A program made the position numbers and the translations under genes. From Octopus sinensis (taxonomy: Eukaryota), in assembly GCF_006345805.1 (NCBI RefSeq), contig NC_043009.1, positions 30,938,001-31,002,000 on the forward strand: a stretch of DNA of 64,000 bases. Direction: 5' to 3'. The first letter of the stretch is position 1, and each line of letters starts with the position of its first letter. Of this stretch, positions 10,836 through 21,469 are shown piece by piece. The notes beneath the pieces were generated by a model. It was not told the DNA's origin and did not search any database. It saw nothing but the letters and a program-made list of their open reading frames with translations.

Positions 10836-13800
10836 CAGTAGTTTTATTTTTATAGCATGCTTTCACTTCACTACCGAGCACAGCTCTGTGTGCCTTGGGT
10901 ATGTGCTGTGATTTGTTGTGATGCTCTGATGGTTATTGTATGGAAAGTGTTCTGCGTAGGATGTGTGCAGTGCCTAGTAGTGCAATTTTCTGTATGTTAT
11001 ATGTGTTTGTAAGTCCTGGTGTTTTTGTTATGTATTTGTCTGAATATTTTTTTATCATGCCTCATGCACCTACTATGATAGGAATTGTTTCTGTTTTCAG
11101 ATTCCACATTCTAGTTACCTCTATTTCCAGGTCTTTGTATTTTGAGAGTCTCTCCATTTCTTTTAGAGACACGTTGTCATCAGCCGGTATTGATACATCA
11201 ATTAGAAAGCATTTTTTTCTTCATGATCTCTGACAACTATATCTGGTCTGTTGGCCTTAATTTCTCTATCTGTGTGTATCGGCATATCCCAGAGTATGGT
11301 TGCTTTCTCGTTTTCTGTGACCTTTTCTGGTGTGTGCCTATACCATCTTTTTTCTGTTGTTATTCCATAATGTTGGCATAGCTTCCAATGTATGTAGGTT
11401 CCAACTCTGTCATGTCTGTGAATATATTCCTTCTTAGCCAGGACTGGGCAGCTAGAGATAATATGATTTATTGTTTCTTGTCCATCTCCACATATTCTGC
11501 AGTTACTTGTAATATTTCTTTTCATTACATGTTTTTGGTAATTTCTGGTGGGGAGGCTTTGGTCTTGTGCTGCAATTAAAAATCCCTCTGTTTCTGCTGT
11601 GAGTCCTGAGCTTCTCAACCATTGCTGGGATTTTTCTTTGTCTATTTCTTTTGCGTTTAGTTTAGTGCAGTATTTACCATGAAGGGGCTTTTCTTGCCAT
11701 CATTTTATCATGGTTCGTTGCTGTTCTATTTTTAGTTTGGATTTCATTTGTTTTATAGCTTTTGTTGTTTCTTCATCTTCTTCTTCATGTTTATTAGGTG
11801 GTATGATTTCTTGTTTGTATTTGTCAGCTTCCTTAAATACTGAGAACAGTTTTTTGTTTTGCTCGTGTTTTGCCGCTATCTGGATCAGTTTTCCTTCCTT
11901 CTGAAGTAAATATTTTTGCAGTCCTATGGTGGTTATTTTATAGTAGTTTTCCAGCTGTATAAGGCCTCTACCACCTTCTATACGTTGTATATATAGTCTT
12001 TCTATGTCAGATTTTGGGTGATGCATCCTAGATCCTGTCATTATTTTTCTTGTTTTCCTATCTATTTTGGTCAGTTCATTTCGTGTCCAGTTAAGGATAT
12101 TGTAGCTGTAACTTATAACTGGGACAGCTAAAGTGTTGATACCTATTATCTTGTTTTTAGCATTGAGCTCTGTGTTTAGTATTGATCTAACTCGTCTATA
12201 ATATTCTTTTTTTATTTTCTCTTTCATTTGTGTGTGTTGTGTCTTATCTAGTTCATGGATTCCTAAGTATTTGTAAGTTTGGCTTTGGTCTAATTCTTTT
12301 ATTTCATTGGTTTTATCTAGTGTGATGTTGTTACTCTTAACTAGTTTTCCTCTTTTCATGGTTACTTTGGCGCATTTTTCTAATCCAAATTTCATATCTA
12401 TTTCTTTGGTAAATCCATGAACTGTCTTAATAGTGTTTCCAGCTGTTTGTCATTTGCAGCGTATAGTTTTAGGTCATCTATATATAAAAGGTGGCTGATC
12501 GTTTTGCCGTAACATTTATATCCGCATCCAGTTCTATTTAGCATATCAGATAGAGGTGACAGTGCCAAGCAGAAAAGGAGTGGAGAGAGCGTGTCTCCCT
12601 GGAATATTCCTCTTCTAATGGGGATGTCTTTGGTTTTCATGAGTCCCTCTTTTGTTTGGAGGTGTAGGACTGTTTGCCATTTATTCATAGAGTGCTCTAT
12701 GAATTTTATGATTGTTGGTGCTACTTTGTTAATGGCTAGTGTTTTGAGGATCCATGTGTGGGGGATGCTATCAAACGCCTTTTTGTAGTCAATCCAGGCC
12801 ATACTGAGGCCTTTCTTCTTTCTGTGGCTGTCTTCAGTTATGGCTTTATTAATCATTAGTTGATCTTTACAGCCATATGAGCCTTTGCGGCATCCTTTCT
12901 GCTCTTCTGGGAACAGTTTGTTTTCATCCAGGTGCTTGTTCAGCCTTTGTGATATCACTGCAGTAAATGCCTTGAACATAGTAGGGAGGCAGGTTATTGC
13001 TCTGTAGTTTTCTGTTTTTTCTGTTTCATTTGATTTGGGAATTAAGATGGTTTTTCCCCTTCGTGAGCCATTCAGGCATTGTCTCTGGCTCTGCTAGTAC
13101 ATTGTTAAAGTTTTCAGCCAGCTTTTTGTGCATTCCTGTTAGATATTTCAACCAGAAGTTGGGGATCTTGTCATGCCCAGGTGCCTTCCAGTTGCTTAGT
13201 CTTTGCAGTGCCTGGGTGACCTCTTCAGTTGTTATGGGGGTCCAAAGTTGTTCAGATGCCGAGTTTGTTATTTTGATACTCCTTTTTTTTGGTGGTTCGT
13301 TCGCCGACCATATTTCTCCCCAGAATTATTCCAATTCTTCTGCCGTTGGTGCTGCAGTGACTTCTATTTTATTTTTGCCCAGTTCTTGGTAGAACTTTTT
13401 GGGGTTGGAGTTGAACTTTTTGTTTTCTTCAAAGAAGCGTTGGCGTTTCTTGTACCGGCGGATCCTTTGTGCTTTGGCAAGGATATCTTGCTTCAGCTTT
13501 TCTTTTATTTCAGGCAAATCTTTCTCTGTGATGTTATATCTGCGGAATATTTTTGTTCTCTTTTTGTTGCTCAGTAGCGTTGATTGTTTGCTGATTTCAT
13601 TAAGAATCGACAGGTCTTTTCTAATTTTTTTATTTTGCTTTGGATGTTATTTATCCACAGGGTTTTTTTGGGTGGTGGTACTCCTGTTTGGGCGGGTTTG
13701 GGTGAGTATCCAGCTTCTTTTGTGGCTGCAGTGGCTGCTGCGTATATTAGGTTATTTAGCTCAGTGATATCACTTTTTTTTTATTCAGTGGCTATCAGTT

Positions 13801-13910
13801 CAGTGACGGCTAGGTTTATGCTGTTTATAATAGGTGTTGTTATTTCGTTTATTTTGATTCTTGGGAGGTATGGTCGGTGGTCCATTTTGAGCTCTGTGGT
13901 TTTCAGTTCT
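10836..13910 (-). mobile_element. R4/Dong-clade RLE non-LTR retrotransposon, ~3.1 kb, 5'-truncated and inactivated
   Basis: Collinear ORF pieces: RPYLPRI, ITELNNLIYAAA, WKAPGHD, YKKAFDSIPH, GIFQGDTLSPLLF, YIDD, FGLEKCA, CCHC knuckle CRICGDGQETINHIISSC, RHD, NRPDIVV, KYKDL. In-frame stops near 13775, 13327 and 11700 and several -1 frameshifts. (TAA)n on both sides. Confidence 0.95.
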
Positions 13911-13918
13911 ATTATTAA

Positions 13919-13968
<50 letters not shown>

Positions 13969-13973
<5 letters not shown>

Positions 13974-14330
13974 TCTGTCTTAGGGAAGGCAGAGGTATTG
14001 TTTTTCAGTTGTGCTTGTTTGTTTGTCCTGGGACAAGATAACTATCGCTGGATGGATCCAGATGAAACCTTTAGGGATGCTTGGCCTTGTGAGTGGCATG
14101 AACTGATTAGATTTTGGGATCGATCCAGTACCAGACAAGGACACTGGATTATTTTTCCTGTTTTTTTACTTAATTTTTGAGAGTGGTTGGGTTCATTTTT
14201 AGTATTCACATTTGTGAGAGTAGTCAAGTTTATTTCAGATATTCTCATTTTAAAAATCATCTTCGGTTAATCATTGAGATGATGTTGGTGTTGTCCTGGC
14301 AGAGGTTTGCACTCTCTGAGTGCTTTTGTT
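13969..14330 (+). mobile_element. Non-autonomous Helentron-like (HINE/DINE-1-type) element
   Basis: 5' ACCTCTGTC..GGCAGAGG hairpin and subTIR, GTTT microsatellite, 3' GGCAGAGG subTIR followed by the CACTCTCTGAGTG stem-loop and T-rich end. Second copy at 32.1 kb. Confidence 0.7.
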
Positions 14331-14344
14331 ATAATTATTAATAT

Positions 14345-14612
14345 TGAGTGAGAGAGCAGTGCATACCATCAAAGTGACTCTCGTGTAAAATAAACGAAGC
14401 CCAATATACCCATCATAACTACCCGTCTGACAAGAGTACACCAGGTGCATGCATCACAACCATATGTGATCAACATGGTGATCTCATATCAAGATAAACA
14501 GTGCATGACTTTGCAGGTGGGGCCCAGTTAGAATTTTCTTCAGGTTAAGTAGCCCACCCCGCTCAAAAGGTGCTTGAATAAGGAGGGTTGTTCAAGGATG
14601 TTGAACAAAATA
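14345..14612 (-). mobile_element. Long SINE-like repeat (family D) 3' portion
   Basis: Strongly similar to 31075-31590. GTTCAACATCC.TAAACAACCC links it to 40590-40905. Confidence 0.65.
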
Positions 14613-14679
14613 CATATTATTATTTTAGTTGTATTCATTATTAATGATAATAATATTTATAATGATAATAATAATAAAG

Positions 14680-14894
14680 AGGCAGCAAGCTGGCAGAATT
14701 GTTAGTACAACGGACAAAATGCTTAGCGATATTTCATCTGCCTTCACATTCCGAGTTTAAATTCCATGAAGGTCAAGTCTGCCTTCCATCATTTCAGTGT
14801 CAATAAAGTAAGTACCAGTTGCATACTTGGGTCAATTTAATCAACTGGCCCCTCCCCAAAAATTTCGGGCCTGGTGCCTAGAGTAGAAAAGATT
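14680..14894 (+). mobile_element. tRNA-derived SINE (family A) with (ATT)n tail
   Basis: AGGCAGCAAGCTGGCAGAATTGTTAG head, GAGTTTAAATTCC B-box-like, AAGTACCAGTT core, GGCCTGGTGCCTAGAGTAGAAAAGATT end. Confidence 0.85.
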
Positions 14895-14907
14895 ACTATC
14901 ATTATTA

Positions 14908-14998
<91 letters not shown>

Positions 14999-15779
14999 CA
15001 GCAGCAGTAGTAGCAGCAGTAGTAGTAGTAGTGGCAGAGATGTTAACATGTAGGACAAAAACTTCTTGTGCTATTTGCTCTGTGTGCAAATCCAATCAAC
15101 ATTAGGTTGCGTTTGTTATGGCGGTGCCCCAGCATGGCCACAGTCTAATGACTGGAACAAGAAAAAGATGAAAGATAAAAGATCATCATCATCAGCAGCA
15201 GCAGCAGCACCACCACCACCACCACCAGTAGTAATTTTCTGTATATTTTTCTTATTACATGTATTGTAGGTTTTCCTTCAGTAAATTTGTATAAAGCAAC
15301 GAAGACTTGGAGGTGATTTGCAAATAGTTTTCTCTGTGCAGTTAATGGATAATAGCTAATGCACATTGCCTTCAGGAATGTGACCATAATGGTAAAATCT
15401 GCGACTGCCAACCATTATAAGCAGCCCTTGCTGGATAAAATGTTTGCAGAGAAATGGTATTATATGGCCATGATGTTTTTAATTAGATTTACTATAAGCA
15501 TTCTTCTGATTAATTTCCGTTGGAAATTGCGGCAAGTTGGATTTTTGTGGTACGAGTGGTTTATGGAAGTGTTGGGTGTATCCTGAGGAAGCTTTCTTTG
15601 TTTTTGTAAGTAATAAATAGATGGATAGAGTGAGGTAAAGAGAAGGATGGGGAAGAGTAAAGGAGAGAGAGAGAGAGAGATTAACAATGAGGATTGAACA
15701 AGAAATTAAGATAGAGACAGAGGGGAAGGGAGAGAGTCAGAGAGAAGGAGAGAAAGAAGAGACAAACAGACAGGTGGAT

Positions 15780-15877
15780 TATGAAAAGGTAAGATAGATA
15801 AATGGATGGATGGATGGACAGATTATAATAAATGGATGAATAAATGGATGGATAGACAGACAGATGGGCAGACAGAC

Positions 15878-15960
<83 letters not shown>

Positions 15961-15975
15961 CAGACAGGAGGACAT

Positions 15976-16028
<53 letters not shown>

Positions 16029-16140
16029 CAGACAGGAGGACATATAGATAGATAGATGAACAGAGACAGACAGGCAGACAGAGACAGAGAAACAGAGACA
16101 AACTGACAGACAGACAGAGAGACAGACAAACAGATAGATA
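15780..16140. repeat. (GATA)n/(GACA)n tetranucleotide microsatellite
   Basis: Visible tract; source of the SIYL-repeat ORFs. Confidence 0.95.
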
Positions 16141-16599
16141 GTTGGTGAGAGGTTGATGAGTCTGTTATGAGAATCATATGAGTTTCCATAAATAAACTAG
16201 GATTTTACTGTAGTTTGAATAATTAATAGATTAAATGGATTGGCTGGATCAGGTAATATTGAAAGAATTGTATTGTATAGGGCAGAGAGAGAGAGAGAGA
16301 GGGGGAGAGAGAAAGAATGCTATGTATTGATATATACTCAGTAGAAATTGAGAGTATTCTAGTTTATTTAGGCTGGCTCACAGAGCAGTTGTTCTGAATT
16401 TCTACAGTAAAACCATGACTTGAAGCAAGTTGCAACAAATACAGCAAACCATTTCATTCAATGCTTTAATGATTTCCCCACAGCCTTGTATTTAATTGGC
16501 AAAATATAACCATCCCCAAGCATAACAATATCTGTTTCAACACACAACTTCAGATCAAGAATCCTGAAAAATACATAAGCATAATAATAATGATAGTAA

Positions 16600-17038
16600 T
16601 GGTTTCAAATTTTGGCACAGGGAATTACAAGAACTTCGGTGCTCAAATTTTACTTATCTTATTGACCCCAGAAAGATTAAGACAAAGCCAACTTAAGTGG
16701 AATTTGAACTTAGAAAGCAAAGATAGATGAAATATTGCTAAGCATTTTGCCCAGCATGCCAATTATTCTGCCAGATTTCAAAATTAATAATAATAATATT
16801 AATAATAATAATAATAATAATAATAATTCAAATTTTGGCTCAAGGTCAGCAGTTTTGGAGGTGAGGCTAAATCAATCCGATTGATCTCAGTGCTCAATTG
16901 TTACTCATTTTATAAAACCTGAAAAGATGAAAGGCAAAGTTGACTTCAGCGGAGTTTGAACTCAGAATGTAAAGACAGACGAAATACCCACTAAGCATTT
17001 CACCCAGCATGCTAACGATTCTGCTAGCTCACCACCTT
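16600..17038 (-). mobile_element. Two family A SINE copies separated by (AAT)n
   Basis: Reverse-complement family A motifs (GGAATTTGAACT.AGAA, AAGCATTT..CCCAGCATGC, ATTCTGC.AGCTCACCACCTT) at about 16600-16780 and 16828-17038. Confidence 0.8.
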
Positions 17039-17040
17039 AA

Positions 17041-17091
<51 letters not shown>

Positions 17092-17289
17092 GAAATGATA
17101 ATAAAAAGTAGATGAACAACAACGATGACAACAACAGGCTGGAAATAGGTGAAATATTAAGTATAATCAATATTCGTGATGGCAGTAAGGTGGAAAGTAG
17201 AGTTGAGTCAGTGAAGATTGATGTACAAAGCTGATGATGTCAATGAAATAAATATGTGACAGAAATATTGATGGTGTTGTTTTTTACAG

Positions 17290-17739
17290 ATTGTTCTGCA
17301 ATCAAAAGAAAGAATTCACAGAAATGATTCCAGCAGCAGATTGAGTTAATGGATAAATATTTAGAGAGAAATGATACAACGATAAAGCCAAGTGGGGAAT
17401 GTAATTTTAACAAAGAAATCCTATATTAATGTATTATTTAAGTGATATTTCATAGTTTGTCGAGTATCTGACGAAGATACCGGTATTTGTCTTGGGGTGT
17501 CTTACTGTGTTACTGTGCTTTTAATAAACGCATATACTTTAGGCTATTTCTATTCATAATACAACTTCAGCTTGACTTAATTGTTGTTTCAGATCATTTA
17601 TTATTAGATTTGAAAATAAATTCTTATCAGATTATTTCATAATAAAGCAACATCAGAATTGTTAGATGGAAAAGCTACCATCTTTTATGGGTGTGAAGTT
17701 TTCCACTCCCACTCCAACAGTATACAGCTCCATGTAAAG
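17290..17739 (+). pseudogene. Two candidate exons (17290-17400; 17593 or 17631 to 17739) of an unidentified, possibly decayed gene
   Basis: ttttttacag| and |gtaatt; ttgtttcag| or ttcttatcag| and AAG|gtatgt. 17631-17739 is fully open (LFHNKATSELLDGKATIFYGCEVFHSHSNSIQLHVK). The first exon needs one frameshift (IVLQSKERIHRND/FQQQIELMDKYLERNDTTIKP). Confidence 0.3.
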
Positions 17740-18802
17740 GTATGTAGCCTAGTGATTAGAGTGTGGCAAGAAAGTGGTTTCGATTCCTGGAGCAGGTGGT
17801 GCATTGTGCCCTGAAGTAAAATGCTTCATCTTACATTGTTTTAGTTCACTTAACTGTAAATGTCTTACCCTACGATAGGCTAGTGCCCAATCAGGGAGAA
17901 TGGAGTGATCTCAGTTAATTATACACCTTAGAAACCAGGTAATCAGCACAATGGGCCCCAGTATTCGAAGACGCTGAAATCCAGAGAACTTACTTTACCT
18001 TACTTTCTAAACACATCTCCAGTGATTATTCTGGGTGTGGAATATTAACCACTGGTGTATATTTCAAGTGTTTACTAGTTTTTCACATGATTTCGTGTTT
18101 AATTCTAAGGTAAATACATTGTTATTACAAGGAATTTCCAAAATGAAATTTTTTTCTGTGAGGAAGTAAAAATAAATGTCAAATATTGCAAGAAGGAATC
18201 CTCAATGTTTTGAGATTTTGCTTTCCTTCCATATTTGGGTGGCATTTTGGAATAGCTACTCTCTAATTCCTATACTTCATGGGAAAAGAAGTATAAATTT
18301 TTTTCCTGTATGTTTTAGTATTCCTGTGATTTCATATAATAGAAATTACAAGTCTTTCAGGTTTATTTCCCCAAAATTTCTATTTTCTAAACATCTTTTT
18401 ACACTTTGTTCTATTCCAAGGATGAGTGAAATCTTCAAGGGACTTAGAGAGAGTTGAAGAGACTTCGATGGACACCTATTCCAAAACTCTGTTACTTTTT
18501 GTTACACCCTATTTGGTGACAACCAAATCCCAAGTTTCATCAAACTCTATCATTCTATAGAACTCATAGCCAGCACTGATTTTTGCTACAAGGCTCCGTT
18601 TCGAGATGTCAGATGTAAACAAGCAATGAGATCAAAAACAAAAGTGGGTGTATGCCATATTTTGGGGTTTTTCCCCCTTCTTCAGCACCCATCTAACTCA
18701 TTCTTGTCTCCAAACACACTGCTTATATATCCACTACATACAGCAGTGTTAAGTTATTGGATTTACCAATTTACATGTTAGACGCATTCCTATGTTGGTG
18801 TG

Positions 18803-18951
18803 TAAACATTAAAGATTTGTAGGTATGTGGTACTTTGTTGTACAAACACAATATGCTACAAGATATACTGAATGTTACCATAAGTCAGTATAGTATAGCA
18901 TACCATGTCTGCATAACAAAGTACCACGTACCTACAAATCTTTAATGTTTA
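18803..18951. mobile_element. MITE-like element with ~37-bp terminal inverted repeats
   Basis: TAAACATTAAAGATTTGTAGGTATGTGGTACTTTGTT pairs with AACAAAGTACCACGTACCTACAAATCTTTAATGTTTA (one mismatch); ~75-bp spacer; TA at both termini. Confidence 0.7.
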
Positions 18952-19044
18952 TGTTCTGAGTTCAAATTCTGCAAATGTTGAATTTGCTTTCCATTCTTTC
19001 ATGATTGATAAACTAAGTACCAGTAGAATACTGAGGGTGATAGA

Positions 19045-19228
19045 AAATTACTATTTGTAAATCTCTCAACGAGAGATATTCAGCAACAATAGTCTAAAGT
19101 AAAGATTATTTGCCAACATAACATGGCAGTCCTGGTTTAGGACGAATGTTGCTGTCTCTTGAGGCTAAATTACAGCAACATTCATCCTAAACCAGGATAA
19201 CCCTATTATGTTGGCAAATAATCTTTAC
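19045..19228. mobile_element. Hairpin element, sibling of 2351-2605, lacking the hammerhead loop
   Basis: Arms GTAAAGATTATTTGCCAACATAA..TCCTGGTTTAGGACGAATGTTGCTGT and ACAGCAACATTCATCCTAAACCAGGA..TTATGTTGGCAAATAATCTTTAC; short loop. Confidence 0.75.
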
Positions 19229-19487
19229 ACTGGGGGTGATGTACTCAACTTAACTCTTCCCTAAACTTGCTGGCCTTGTGCCAAAATTTTAAACCAAAAT
19301 TATCATTAGCTGGAAACCTTTGAAATTCCACATATTACAAATGTCCTATTTCCATTTTGTGCAAGAATTTATGGATCTTCATGATAATGTCATTGATTTC
19401 ATTCCTTAATTAAATTTGTTTAAAGCATTATGCTCAAATTTGATTCATTATGTTAAGGATTCCATTCATTTAGAAATTCAAAGGTGC

Positions 19488-19662
19488 AAGCATGGCTGTG
19501 TAGTTAAGAAGCTTGCTTTTGCAATCATGTGGTATAGAGTTCAGTTCCAGTGTGTGACAACTCACGGAAGTGTATTCTATTATAACCCTGGGCCAACCAA
19601 TGCCTTGTGATTGAATTTGATTGATGGAAAATGTGTGAAAGCCCATCATGCACACATGCCAC

Positions 19663-19714
<52 letters not shown>

Positions 19715-19835
19715 GTATATTTATGTGTGCGAGTGTGTGTGTGTGTTTGTGTTTGTGATTCTGTTTCTCCTCCCCACCACTTGACAACTGGTGTTGGTTT
19801 GTTTATGTCCCCATAACTTAACAATTTGGCACAAG
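19488..19835 (+). mobile_element. Family B SINE, older copy
   Basis: GCATGGCTGTGTAGTTAAGAAGCTTGCTT head, (CA)n/(TG)n core, CTTGACAACTGGTGTTGG. Confidence 0.75.
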
Positions 19836-20398
19836 AGACTGATGATGATGGTGATGATAAGTGAGCAGAATCATGAGCTGTGGTGTATGGTGGTCGTTGT
19901 ATTAGGTGTGCTTTTACACTCAATGCCACCAAACTTCAATAACAAAAGTTTCCCATTAAGATTCGCAATTTAATTAATAAGCAAGGTTAATATTTATAAT
20001 GAACTTGCCATTTTCAATGGATGTGCAGCGCACACCTGGCATACATGGAATAGCCACACCAGATTATTTTTTTGTAGTAGTAGTAGTAGCAGTAGTAGCA
20101 GTAGTAGTAGTAGTAGTAGTAGCGGCAGCAGCACCAGCAGCAGTAGTAGTAGTAACCATCTCTTGCGTGAATGCAGTAAGCTAGCACAAAAAGCACAGGA
20201 AATAAGGTTTTGCAGTGTTTGCTCTGACTCTTTAAACTCCGATTTCAAATATGTCTAATAGTCCTAAACTTGACTTAATGAACTTAACCCCTCCCCTCAA
20301 AACTGTTGCCCCGGTGCCTTGATTAGAAGCAATAATGTTATTGGTTTCACTGCATAGTTGAGGGCAACAGTCAATCATATTGTAAGAAGCAGAATAAT

Positions 20399-20690
20399 AC
20401 AGTTCTATTTTTAAGAGATGAGGAATTATGTACATTATTTACATTTGACGGATTTTTGTCCTCATCCTGTTTGTTGTTAACACAACGTTTCGGTTGATAT
20501 ACCCTCCAGCCTTCATTAGGTGTCCTGGGGAAATTTTGAACCTGGGTTCTCTTTCCTAAGGTATTTTCTGATGTTATTATCATTATTATCATCATTATTA
20601 TTATTATTCAGGTCCCTGCCTGGAATCAAACTTGGAATCTTGGTGTTAATAGCCTGCACTCTTAACCACTACGCCATACGCTCTTCAGCA
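20399..20690 (-). mobile_element. Composite repeat: tRNA-like head, (AAT)n, hammerhead-like motif, tail
   Basis: Minus strand: TGGCGTAGTGG (A box), AGTTTGATTCC (B-box-like), GACCTG(AAT)n, then GACAC-CTAATGA-AGGCTG..CAACC-GAAAC-GTT-GTGTT, ending ATAGAACTGTA. Two more copies at 62.3-62.75 kb. Confidence 0.75.
20479..20524 (-). ncRNA. Minimal hammerhead-like motif (core mutated to CUAAUGA)
   Basis: Stem I GACAC/GTGTT, stem II GGCTG/CAACC, GAAACGTT with ACGT palindrome. Confidence 0.55.
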
Positions 20691-20945
20691 ATTATGGAGT
20701 GAATTTCAGGGCTTATAAATCTAATATTTTCCTCTTTCCTTAATACCGATTCCCATATTCTATTCATATCTGCACTCGGTCTGCTTAGGAGGTTGCTGTG
20801 TCCTAGCATATGTGCTGCTTCTTTTAGTTTTCGTATTTTCCAGTGGTGTTCTCTCTCTATTATTTTAACTTCATCCCACAGGGGAAGGTGGTCTCCATTT
20901 TACCATACAGGATCAGCTATACTCAAACATTGCAAAGCTGTGACA
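20690..20945 (-). mobile_element. Penelope-like element GIY-YIG endonuclease C-terminal fragment
   Basis: Translates SIADPVW*NGDHLPLWDEVKIIEREHHWKIRKLKEAAHMLGHSNLLSRPSADMNRIWESVL, matching the S(A)IAxH..H...W..VKI...E.....R..KEA.HI tail of PLE GIY-YIG domains. Confidence 0.8.
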
Positions 20946-21469
20946 CGAGGAGATATTAATAAGTTGGGTTAGGGTTGAAGCAGAATAATATTATAGATGA
21001 AGATTATTATTAGCAGTGGACACAGGGTGTTTAGATTTCTTTTGCCTATAATCCTAACAGCAGTCAGTTCCACTCCCAGACGTTCATAAACTTTCTAAAT
21101 CTTCCCCCACCTCCCCTACCTCCACCACCCTTCTGCTGCTGCAACAAAAAGAATTCATAAAATAAGAAGAGTTAACCACCTCAACATACTGAAACACCTG
21201 GTAATAATTCTTTCTATTTTGTTAGCTTTATAAAATGTCTCATAAAAAAATTCCAGCCTGACTCATAAACACAATGTCAGAGTTTCAATTACTGAAAAGT
21301 AGGAGTTCAAGAAAAATGGTTTGCCAGAATTGGCATCGATCATATTATCCCATATACCTTGCATGCTATTGAAATATGATGGGACCTGCCATACTTTTTA
21401 CTGTCCAAGTGTAGAGCAATCTTCCTTTCATTTGGTTCTTTTGGAACTAATATTGGCTTCACATTTTGG

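Noticed and set aside
10303-14180. Plus-strand ORFs of 79-198 aa over the Dong elements
   Set aside because: Antisense shadows of the minus-strand retrotransposon ORF, with no independent motifs.
17467-17492. CTGACGAAGATACCGGTAT remnant
   Set aside because: It has a CUGACGA core and a small hairpin, but GAAA and the rest of the fold are missing.
20609-20682. Functional tRNA gene (Ser-like)
   Set aside because: Acceptor and T stems are degenerate, and it is embedded in a repeat present three times. Treated as a tRNA-derived head.
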